A stretch of 64,000 nucleotides of DNA from Pavona decussata (lineage: Eukaryota): NCBI GenBank assembly GCA_977016875.1, contig CDRNST010000194.1:1116001-1180000 (forward strand), given 5' to 3'. The translations under genes were made by a program, and so were the position numbers. The notes under the pieces were generated by a model. That model made no database searches, was not told where the DNA came from, and worked only from the letters and a program-made list of their open reading frames with translations. Shown one piece after another: positions 53,015 to 64,000 of this stretch (its first letter is position 1; every line of letters begins with the position of its first letter).

Positions 53015-54200
53015 ATAACCCAGTGCCAGTTTAGCACATTAAAGATTTCATTCCTTTTCTAAGATTAAGTAGTGTCACAGTCAGATAGTGATGGTACTGT
53101 TTGATACCAACAGGTCACTCCTTTATTTACAATATTATGCAAAAAAATACCCTTTCACCATGTGCCATGTTGGCATGCTAAAGATTTCATTCCTTTATTT
53201 CTACAATTAAGGAGTGTCATAAGAAACAAAAACTAATACATTCAGGAGCGTCAAGTAGTCAGTCAGTGATAGTTATAGTGGATGGCACCACTCCTTTTGT
53301 GAGATTAAGGATTGTCATGTAATCAGTCAGCGACAGTTATGTGTGATGCTAATAGGCTGGCTCAAGTTATAAGCACTCCCTTATTAAATACCTTGCAATC
53401 ACATTCCATCTTGGAGTATTAAAGATTTTACTCCATCACGTGAACAAGCAAGAAGTATTGCATAGTCAGGCAGTGAGGGTTGTGATTGATGCTCACAGGC
53501 TGCCAGTTATTTGTGCATAAGCAGTTAAAACACCTTATGCCCATGTGCCACATTGCCACATGTAGAATTTACTTATTTATTTCTAAGGAGTCATGTATTC
53601 AGACAGTGAAAGTTATGACTGATGCCAAATAGGTTACCCATTTATCTGCTATAAGTATTCTGAGATAAAATACTCTGCAATCATGGTGCCATCTTTGCAT
53701 ATTAAACATTTTACTCCATCATTTCAACAAAAAATGAGGGTCACATAGTGTCACGTTTGAGGCTGGGTACACTTATATTTAACATAACCCAGTAGCACTT
53801 AGCACATTAAAGATTTCATTCCTTTTCTAAGATTAAGGAGTGTCACATAGTCAGATAGTGATAGTAATGTTTGATACCAGCAGGCTACTCCTTTATTAAC
53901 AATATTATGCAGATAAAATACCCTGTCACCAGATGGCTATGTTTGACACACAGGCTTCCCTCTATTCATATAAAAGTACATAAAACAATGTATGTCCAAG
54001 AAGTCATACATTCATTCAGTGAGAGGTATGTTTGATCCCAATGAGCTAACCCTCTTTTTGTTATTACAACATAAAATACTAGGTGAGCATGTGCCATCTT
54101 GGCACATAAAAGATTTTGCGCTTTCATTTCTAAGCAAGAAGCAAGTGTAATGTAGTCAGCCAGTAACAACTTGATGTCAACAGTGTACCTCTGTTTGTTC
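53015..54200. repeat. Diverged ~130-140-bp tandem repeat
   Basis: Recurring taaagatttcattcc...aggagtgtca...agtcag..agtga. ~53020-53160 closely matches ~53790-53930. Confidence 0.7.
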
Positions 54201-56751
54201 ACCCTGTGACCATAATTCATTTTGGAATATTCATCCTTTTAAGCCTTAACATCAGCATACATTTTCTCCTCACTAGTCTCTGTATTTTTCTCATGACATT
54301 AGTTAGAAGTATTTGTCTAAATATTCTCATAGGCTGAATTCTTGAACAAGTCGTGATATTGTGAGGAGAATTTGCATGTGTGTCACTATCTGGGCTTAAA
54401 TAGTTAAGGGAACTATCCCAAAATACTAGGAGTAATTTTTAAATAAATAAATAGTCTGCTCAAAGGAGTCAGCAGATATAATAGCAGTCGGTTCATGTTA
54501 ATTGCATAGGAGTTGGCTGCCAGTGGTCCATGCCAAAGGTAAATGTGACCATTTCTTTTGACCAATACTTTAGATACTGGTAATAAAGATATAGAGTAAA
54601 ATACTACAATTCATTTTGCATCAAAAATTTAGGCTGTTACCTACAGAAAATTTGACGGAGCCCCGTGAGGCCAGAAGCTGTGAAGTTCAAGTCCAACCTG
54701 TGAAATGTTAGAAGCTAGAGTAAAACATTTAGGTGACCACAAAAATTACTTTGGACCTCAAGCAATCTGACTCCTGTAAGCTAACAGCCTTGATCATCAG
54801 AAAGGCACTTGACAAACATAATAACTTTCACATGTGGGATATTTAAAATATTTACTTGAGACATTTTTGGCTGCTGAGGCCTCAAAAACAGCCAAAAGTG
54901 TCAACAAATTTCTTTGATGTAGTTAGCAAATACCCATAACGTTGTCATCTGTCTCAACATGCACTAAATCCAGCTCTTCATTAGTTGATTGAGGTTCAGC
55001 TCAAGCTGTGAGAGCACAGTTGTATCCAGGAGTGGCAGTTGGCTGCAAGGGTGTAGATGATGCAGTCCCAATTTGGTATGATGTTTTCTCTTTCCAATCA
55101 TCATTTATGTTTTGGTTGCCCTTCCAAATACATCAAAAGACAAGCTTGAATTTAGGAAAAATATTACTGTGTTTGGTGATACAAGTGACCTTTTCCTTAC
55201 CACATGCTTTTCACTGACTGGTTATCATTTGTGAAAGAGCATCTGACAACTGTTCCTGGTTGCTGTTAGTTACTGTGGAAAAAGTACAAAAATTTTAGTT
55301 CTATACCAGCTATAACACAATAAGCTGTCTTCAGGAGTTGAAGGAAGGGCAAAACTAATGTTATGTACCAGTATTCACCACTTCCTCTCTAAAGCTTTTA
55401 AGTCTTTCATGAGGCCTTGAACATCTTTGCATTATTTCAAGGACTTTTTAAGTTTTATTTTAACAAGGGACAACTAACAGGAGTCCGGCTACAAAAATCA
55501 GGTATCCTTTACACACAGCACAAGAATGAAATTCTGCATAGAGGGAAAATTTGTATAGTTATTCAATGTCCAGAATCATGCTTGCTTCTAAACTCTAGAA
55601 CAGGGGGAAATTTGAAGAAAAAAATAACACTTGACAAGTCATTAAGGTATTTACTGTGGAAGTTGAAGGACGTTTACATTCATCTTAGTCTCATGATATA
55701 TAAATTCCTTTGTGCAAGCAACAAAAGAAAGGTAAATTTCCACACCTCTTCAATACAGCATCCTACAGAAATGTCTATTTTGCAGTAATGTTATGACAGC
55801 TACATCCCAGTGAGTCAAAGGTCACTTACATGCATAAGGCATTTTCTTTCTTTCTGGATGATCCCCTTTTGGACTTTTTCTTTGGATGTCAGCCTTCTTC
55901 AGTTTTTACTAGTTGAGAGACAAACCTTAAAAGCACTTATGAGTGAACACAAACCAAAACACTTGGCAACGTTGAAATTAAAGAAACTAAACATATTACA
56001 CTGACAATACAAAAAAGAGATGAACTCCTTCGTGGGGGTCTCTATCGTATCATTTTAATTTTAATCACTGTGACAGATTGCTTTTAAAACCAGTCTAACA
56101 AAGCAATGTAAACTTCTTGTCTTAAATTTTAAATTTATTCAGTGGAATTCATAATAATAAAACTGTTCCTTTCTGTATTCTCACTGCCAAGACGTTTCCC
56201 AGTTAATTATTACTTTCCTAAAACGACCATGCACTTGCCAACTATTTTGTTCTTGTTTTACTTCAAACTGGAAAATGTTTCACCACAGATTTCATCAGCT
56301 ATATCCATGTTTTAGTGTGAATGTTACAAAGAAAAGTTCAATATCTCTTTCTTTCAAAATTCTCATTCAAAACCAGTCTAACAAAGCAATCTACACTTAA
56401 GTAAAAGGCTCGTTGTTCCTGTAGAAAGCGAATTCATTCAGTTCTCACAGGCGAATTTCCAGACTAAACACTGCATACTGAAAAAGTGAAAAACCAACGC
56501 TTTATTGCCTGAGAAAAGTGATGTTTAAAAATAAAATCAAAGCACCTAAACCAAGAGTTGGGAGGAATGGCCCACAGCACTAGAACTCTCGTTGCGAACT
56601 ATGGACTTGCCAAAGCGGGAATAGATGCGCAATGAGAACCATTGTCTCTTCATTAACATCACAAGCCACAGACAGTAAAAGGCTCTCTGGTCCTGCAAAC
56701 AGTGGTCAGGCATTTGTCATGCTATACAATGCTCATTGAAGGTACAACTCT

Positions 56752-56985
56752 GAGGAGGCGCGGTGGTGTAGTAGTAAGTGCGTCAGACTTTCACTTGGAG
56801 TGTCGGTGGTTCATGGCCAGGTTGGTCTCTTCATTGCTCTGTTGTTTCCTAAGACAAGAAACTTTGCTCCACATTGTCTCTCTTCACCCAGGTGTATAAA
56901 TGGGTACTGGGGATATACCGCTGGTTGTAACCCTGAGATGGCCTAGCATCCCGTCCAGGGGGGAATAGCAATACTCCTACTTGCA
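56752..56985 (+). mobile_element. tRNA-headed SINE with a CORE-like central domain (copy 1)
   Basis: Degenerate A box, then ..agacaagaaactttgctccacattgtctctcttcacccaggtgtataaatgggtac.. and ctagcatcccgtccagggggga. Confidence 0.7.
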
Positions 56986-59269
56986 GCATTGAAAAAAATC
57001 TCCATGTCTCATTCTCAATGTCATATCAAACGTTTAATACTTCACACTTTTATAGAATCAACTCTGCATGCTGAATGAGTGCAAAATGCTCCACTGCCTG
57101 AAGAAAGGGGTGTTCTATAAGAATAATTGTCCAAACCCAGGATTGGGAAGAATGGCCTACAGCATTTACATTTCTTGTAGTCAGCTGTAGACACGCCAAG
57201 GTGGAAAAGGACAAAAATGAGAAATGTTAATTATTTTCAACATCCTAAACCGCAGGCAGTATAAGGCTCTCTGTTCCTGTATAAAGGGCATTCAGTCAGT
57301 TCTCTCAGGCCAATTTCTGCATTAAACATGTCATACTAAATAGGTGAAAAAGTTTTCCTGCCTGAGGAAAGGGATGTTAAAAAAAGGACCTAAACCCAGA
57401 GTTGGGTAGAATGGCCCACAGCAATTACAACTCTTGTTGTGATGTATGGACTCGTCCAAAGCGGGAATAGATGCACAATGAGAAATATTCTCTATTCTTT
57501 AGCATCCCAATCTGCAGCCAGTGAAAAGGCTCTGACTCTTTCCCTGTATACATGGTATTTATGAAATTCTCACAGGCCAATTTCCACATTAAACACTGCA
57601 TACTGAATAAGTGGCAATGTTTTACTTCCTGAGGAAAGGGATGTTTAAAAAGAAAAGGACCTAAACCCAGGGTTGGGTAGAATGGCCCACAGCAATTACA
57701 ACTCTTGTTGTGATGTATGGACTCCGCCAAAGCGGGAATAGATTCTCTATTCTTTAACATCAAAAACCACAGACAGTGAAAGGCCCTCTGGTCCTGCAAA
57801 CAGCGGTCAGACATTTGGTTTGCTTTATGAATACCATTTAAGGAACAACTCTTACAAAAAAAAAACACTCACATGTTGAAGGCAAATTTATTTATTGTAT
57901 TTGTGGTTTCCCTCTGGAGGTCTTCATTATATATCTCAAATTTCTGCCAACTGCACAATATTCTGTTTTTTCTATGTTCTGGGAACTGGTCTCCTGATTT
58001 TTTTAGCTTGAGAAAAGCCTATGGTGCACTTATGAGAGGAGGCATGTAAACAAATGACAATCCTGAAAACTGAACTAACTGTATTTGTAATGCATAATTA
58101 CTTAGTTGTTCCAATGCCTTGTTTGCAAGGCAGTTGTTGGCATTATCAAGGTGAAAGATGTAATTGACACTGATTTTTAATTTGATAACTGAATCTATAT
58201 TGCCCCTGTTCAAAATGCATACATCACTGTATCTTTTATCCCATGCATAAACAATGCAATTCTCCTGACTCATCACTTTTGTATTTCATATAACCTCTGA
58301 AAATTTGGCAGTTTTGCATGGTTGCCAATCAACGAAAAGGCGTCCTGTTTTTCTTCCAAGAACCTCCATATTCATGAGTTAAAACTATTAACCCCTATAC
58401 AGGATCTATCATTTTAATTTTAATCGCTGGGACAGATTTAGTTCAAAAACCAGTCTAAGAAAGCAGCCTATTCTTTTTTTTCTTTGTTCAGTGAAATTCA
58501 TAATAATCAAACTATTGCTTCCTGCATTCTCACTGCCAGGATGTTGTCAGTTAATTGTAATTTTTCTAAAATGACCATGCACTTGCCAACTATTTTTTGG
58601 TTGTTTTGCTTGAAACTGGAAAATGTTTTGCCACAAATGTCATCATCTATTGAAAAAATCTACATGTTTTACCCTCAATGTTATATAAAAAGTGCAATAT
58701 CTCATTATTTTATAGAATAAACACTGCATGCTTATTGAGTGCAAATTGCTTCATCGTCTGAGGAAAGAGAGGTGTTAAAAGAATAATTATCCAAACCCAG
58801 GATTGGGAAGAACGGCCTACAGCAATCTTTATAGTCAACTGTAGACACAACCAAAGAGGAAAAGGACAAAAATGAAACATTGTTCCCTATTCTTCAACAT
58901 CCCAATCTGCAGCCAGTAAAAGGCTCGTTGTTCCTGTAGAAAGGGAATTCATTCAGTTCTCACAGGCGAATTTCCAGACTAAACACTGCATACTGAAAAA
59001 GTAAAAAACCAAGCAGGCTTTATTGCCTGAGAAAAGTGATGTTTAAAAATAAAATCAAAGCACCTAAACCAAGAGTTGGGAAGAATGGCCCACAGCACTA
59101 GAACTTTTGTTGTGAACTATGGACTCGCCAAAGCGGGAATAGATGCGCATTGAGAACCATTGTCTCTTCATTAACATCACAAGCCACAGACAGTAAAAGG
59201 CTCTCTGGTCCTGCAAACAGTGGTCAGGCATTTGTCATGCTATACAATGCTCATTGAAGGTACAACTCT

Positions 59270-59503
59270 GAGGAGGTGCGGTGGTGTAGTAGTAAGTGCG
59301 TCAGACTTTCACTTGGAGTGTCGGTGGTTCATGGCCAGGTTGGTCTCTTCATTGCTCTGTTGTTTCTTAAGACAAGAAACTTTGCTCCACATTGTCTCTC
59401 TTCACCCAGGTGTATAAATGGGTACTGGGGATATACCGCTGGTTGTAACCCTGAGATGGCCTAGCATCCCGTCCAGGGGGGAATAGCAATACTCCTACTT
59501 GCA
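59270..59503 (+). mobile_element. Same SINE, copy 2 (part of the 2518-bp unit)
   Basis: Near-identical to copy 1, offset +2518. Confidence 0.7.
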
Positions 59504-61787
59504 GCATTGAAAAAAATCTCCATGTCTCATTCTCAATGTCATATCAAACGTTTAATACTTCACACTTTTATAGAATCAACTCTGCATGCTGAATGAGTGC
59601 AAAATGCTCCACTGCCTGAAGAAAGGGGTGTTTTATAAGAATAATTGTCCAAACCCAGGATTGGGAAGAATGGCCTACAGCATTTACATTTCTTGTAGTC
59701 AGCTGTAGACACGCCAAGGTGGAAAAGGACAAAAATGAGAAATGTTAATTATTTTCAACATCCTAAACCGCAGGCAGTATAAGGCTCTCTGTTCCTGTAT
59801 AAAGGGCATTCAGTCAGTTCTCTCAGGCCAATTTCTGCATTAAACATGTCATACTAAATAGGTGAAAAAGTTTTCCTGCCTGAGGAAAGGGGTGTTAAAA
59901 AAAGGACCTAAACCCAGAGTTGGGTAGAATGGCCCACAGCAATTACAACTCTTGTTGTGATGTATGGACTCGTCCAAAGCGGGAATAGATGCACAATGAG
60001 AAATATTCTCTATTCTTTAGCATCCCAATCTGCAGCCAGTGAAAAGGCTCTGACTCTTTCCCTGTATACATGGTATTTATGAAATTCTCACAGGCCAATT
60101 TCCACATTAAACACTGCATACTGAATAAGTGGCAATGTTTTACTTCCTGAGGAAAGGGATGTTTAAAAAGAAAAGGACCTAAACCCAGGGTTGGGTAGAA
60201 TGGCCCACAGCAATTACAACTCTTGTTGTGATGTATGGACTCCGCCAAAGCGGGAATAGATTCTCTATTCTTTAACATCAAAAACCACAGACAGTGAAAG
60301 GCCCTCTGGTCCTGCAAACAGCGGTCAGACATTTGGTTTGCTTTATGAATACCATTTAAGGAACAACTCTTACAAAAAAAAAACACTCACATGTTGAAGG
60401 CAAATTTATTTATTGTATTTGTGGTTTCCCTCTGGAGGTCTTCATTATATATCTCAAATTTCTGCCAACTGCACAATCTTCTGTTTTTTCTATGTTCTGG
60501 GAACTGGTCTCCTGATTTTTCTAGCTTGAGAAAAGCCTATGGTGCACTTATGAGAGGAGGCATGTAAACAAATGACAATCCTGAAAACTGAACTAACTGT
60601 ATTTGTAATGCATAATTACTTAGTTGTTCCAATGCCTTGTTTGCAAGGCAGTTGTTGGCATTATCAAGGTGAAAGATGTAATTGACACTGATTTTTAATT
60701 TGATAACTGAATCTATATTGCCCCTGTTCAAAATGCATACATCACTGTATCTTTTATCCCATGCATAAACAATGCAATTCTCCTGACTCATCACTTTTGT
60801 ATTTCATATAACCTCTGAAAATTTGGCAGTTTTGCATGGTTGCCAATCAACGAAAAGGCGTCCTGTTTTTCTTCCAAGAACCTCCATATTCATGAGTTAA
60901 AACTATTAACCCCTATACAGGATCTATCATTTTAATTTTAATCGCTGGGACAGATTTAGTTCAAAAACCAGTCTAAGAAAGCAGCCTATTCTTTTTTTTC
61001 TTTGTTCAGTGAAATTCATAATAATCAAACTATTGCTTCCTGCATTCTCACTGCCAGGATGTTGTCAGTTAATTGTAATTTTTCTAAAATGACCATGCAC
61101 TTGCCAACTATTTTTTGGTTGTTTTGCTTGAAACTGGAAAATGTTTTGCCACAAATGTCATCATCTATTGAAAAAATCTACATGTTTTACCCTCAATGTT
61201 ATATAAAAAGTGCAATATCTCATTATTTTATAGAATAAACACTGCATGCTTATTGAGTGCAAATTGCTTCATCGTCTGAGGAAAGAGATGTGTTAAAAGA
61301 ATAATTATCCAAACCCAGGATTGGGAAGAACGGCCTACAGCAATCTTTATAGTCAACTGTAGACACAACCAAAGAGGAAAAGGACAAAAATGAAACATTG
61401 TTCCCTATTCTTCAACATCCCAATCTGCAGCCAGTAAAAGGCTCGTTGTTCCTGTAGAAAGGGAATTCATTCAGTTCTCACAGGCGAATTTCCAGACTAA
61501 ACACTGCATACTGAAAAAGTAAAAAACCAAGCAGGCTTTATTGCCTGAGAAAAGTGATGTTTAAAAATAAAATCAAAGCACCTAAACCCAGAGTTGGGAA
61601 GAATGGCCCACAGCACTAGAACTTTTGTTGTGAACTATGGACTCGCCAAAGCGGGAATAGATGTGCATTGAGAACCATTGTCTCTTCATTAACATCACAA
61701 GCCACAGACAGTAAAAGGCTCTCTGGTCCTGCAAACAGTGGTCAGGCATTTGTCATGCTATACAATGCTCATTGAAGGTACAACTCT

Positions 61788-62021
61788 GAGGAGGTGCGGT
61801 GGTGTAGTAGTAAGTGCGTCAGACTTTCACTTGGAGTGTCGGTGGTTCATGGCCAGGTTGGTCTCTTCATTGCTCTGTTGTTTCTTAAGACAAGAAACTT
61901 TGCTCCACATTGTCTCTCTTCACCCAGGTGTATAAATGGGTACTGGGGATATACCGCTGGTTGTAACCCTGAGATGGCCTAGCATCCCGTCCAGGGGGGA
62001 ATAGCAATACTCCTACTTGCA
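61788..62021 (+). mobile_element. Same SINE, copy 3 (part of the 2518-bp unit)
   Basis: Near-identical to copy 2, offset +2518. Confidence 0.7.
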
Positions 62022-64000
62022 GCATTGAAAAAAATCTCCATGTCTCATTCTCAATGTCATATCAAACGTTTAATACTTCACACTTTTATAGAATCAACTC
62101 TGCATGCTGAATGAGTGCAAAATGCTCCACTGCCTGAAGAAAGGGGTGTTTTATAAGAATAATTGTCCAAACCCAGGATTGGGAAGAATGGCCTACAGCA
62201 TTTACATTTCTTGTAGTCAGCTGTAGACACGCCAAGGTGGAAAAGGACAAAAATGAGAAATGTTAATTATTTTCAACATCCTAAACCGCAGGCAGTATAA
62301 GGCTCTCTGTTCCTGTATAAAGGGCATTCAGTCAGTTCTCTCAGGCCAATTTCTGCATTAAACATGTCATACTAAATAGGTGAAAAAGTTTTCCTGCCTG
62401 AGGAAAGGGGTGTTAAAAAAAGGACCTAAACCCAGAGTTGGGTAGAATGGCCCACAGCAATTACAACTCTTGTTGTGATGTATGGACTCGTCCAAAGCGG
62501 GAATAGATGCACAATGAGAAATATTCTCTATTCTTTAGCATCCCAATCTGCAGCCAGTGAAAAGGCTCTGACTCTTTCCCTGTATACATGGTATTTATGA
62601 AATTCTCACAGGCCAATTTCCACATTAAACACTGCATACTGAATAAGTGGCAATGTTTTACTTCCTGAGGAAAGGGATGTTTAAAAAGAAAAGGACCTAA
62701 ACCCAGGGTTGGGTAGAATGGCCCACAGCAATTACAACTCTTGTTGTGATGTATGGACTCCGCCAAAGCGGGAATAGATTCTCTATTCTTTAACATCAAA
62801 AACCACAGACAGTGAAAGGCCCTCTGGTCCTGCAAACAGCGGTCAGACATTTGGTTTGCTTTATGAATACCATTTAAGGAACAACTCTTACAAAAAAAAA
62901 ACACTCACATGTTGAAGGCAAATTTATTTATTGTATTTGTGGTTTCCCTCTGGAGGTCTTCATTATATATCTCAAATTTCTGCCAACTGCACAATCTTCT
63001 GTTTTTTCTATGTTCTGGGAACTGGTCTCCTGATTTTTCTAGCTTGAGAAAAGCCTATGGTGCACTTATGAGAGGAGGCATGTAAACAAATGACAATCCT
63101 GAAAACTGAACTAACTGTATTTGTAATGCATAATTACTTAGTTGTTCCAATGCCTTGTTTGCAAGGCAGTTGTTGGCATTATCAAGGTGAAAGATGTAAT
63201 TGACACTGATTTTTAATTTGATAACTGAATCTATATTGCCCCTGTTCAAAATGCATACATCACTGTATCTTTTATCCCATGCATAAACAATGCAATTCTC
63301 CTGACTCATCACTTTTGTATTTCATATAACCTCTGAAAATTTGGCAGTTTTGCATGGTTGCCAATCAACGAAAAGGCGTCCTGTTTTTCTTCCAAGAACC
63401 TCCATATTCATGAGTTAAAACTATTAACCCCTATACAGGATCTATCATTTTAATTTTAATCGCTGGGACAGATTTAGTTCAAAAACCAGTCTAAGAAAGC
63501 AGCCTATTCTTTTTTTTCTTTGTTCAGTGAAATTCATAATAATCAAACTATTGCTTCCTGCATTCTCACTGCCAGGATGTTGTCAGTTAATTGTAATTTT
63601 TCTAAAATGACCATGCACTTGCCAACTATTTTTTGGTTGTTTTGCTTGAAACTGGAAAATGTTTTGCCACAAATGTCATCATCTATTGAAAAAATCTACA
63701 TGTTTTACCCTCAATGTTATATAAAAAGTGCAATATCTCATTATTTTATAGAATAAACACTGCATGCTTATTGAGTGCAAATTGCTTCATCGTCTGAGGA
63801 AAGAGATGTGTTAAAAGAATAATTATCCAAACCCAGGATTGGGAAGAACGGCCTACAGCAATCTTTATAGTCAACTGTAGACACAACCAAAGAGGAAAAG
63901 GACAAAAATGAAACATTGTTCCCTATTCTTCAACATCCCAATCTGCAGCCAGTAAAAGGCTCGTTGTTCCTGTAGAAAGGGAATTCATTCAGTTCTCACA

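Larger units (their letters stand above)
56040..64000. repeat. 2518-bp tandem repeat, about 3 copies, continuing past the window end
   Basis: Identical or near-identical ORFs recur at exactly +2518 (56702/59220/61738; 57425/59943/62461; 58019/60537/63055). Confidence 0.97.

Noticed and set aside
54600-56000. Possible minus-strand exons with AG/GT-like boundaries
   Set aside because: No consistent open frame or recognisable protein could be assembled.
57425-63756. ORFs of 147, 85, 78 and 65 aa conserved in three copies
   Set aside because: Identity reflects recent tandem duplication. They overlap subrepeats or a SINE and show no recognisable domain.

Overview
Eukaryotic, intron-rich animal DNA of low GC content. 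The repeat families look like those of stony corals or other cnidarians, but that is inference. Bases ~1.5-22.8 kb hold the last 15 coding exons of a RIC1 orthologue (RAB6A-GEF complex partner) on the + strand. All exons have GT-AG boundaries in consistent phase, and the protein ends in a CaaX-type tetrapeptide (CVLS*). Its introns carry an R4/Dong-like fragment, a decayed Gypsy with a nested LINE, a Harbinger derivative, an hAT derivative and a Penelope-like inverted repeat with two minimal hammerhead-ribozyme motifs. From ~24.7 to 44.2 kb lies a 36-bp CpG-rich satellite with higher-order structure. It starts exactly at a perfect 25-bp-arm palindrome and is interrupted by a young, nearly intact Mag-like Gypsy element (138-bp LTRs, 5-bp TSD). 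The rest has no recognisable genes: a cluster of tRNA-like tandem units (48.7-51.3 kb), an RLE retroelement end, a diverged minisatellite, and a near-identical 2518-bp tandem repeat running off the window end. No prokaryotic system or CRISPR array is present. All homology calls are from motif recognition, not database searches.
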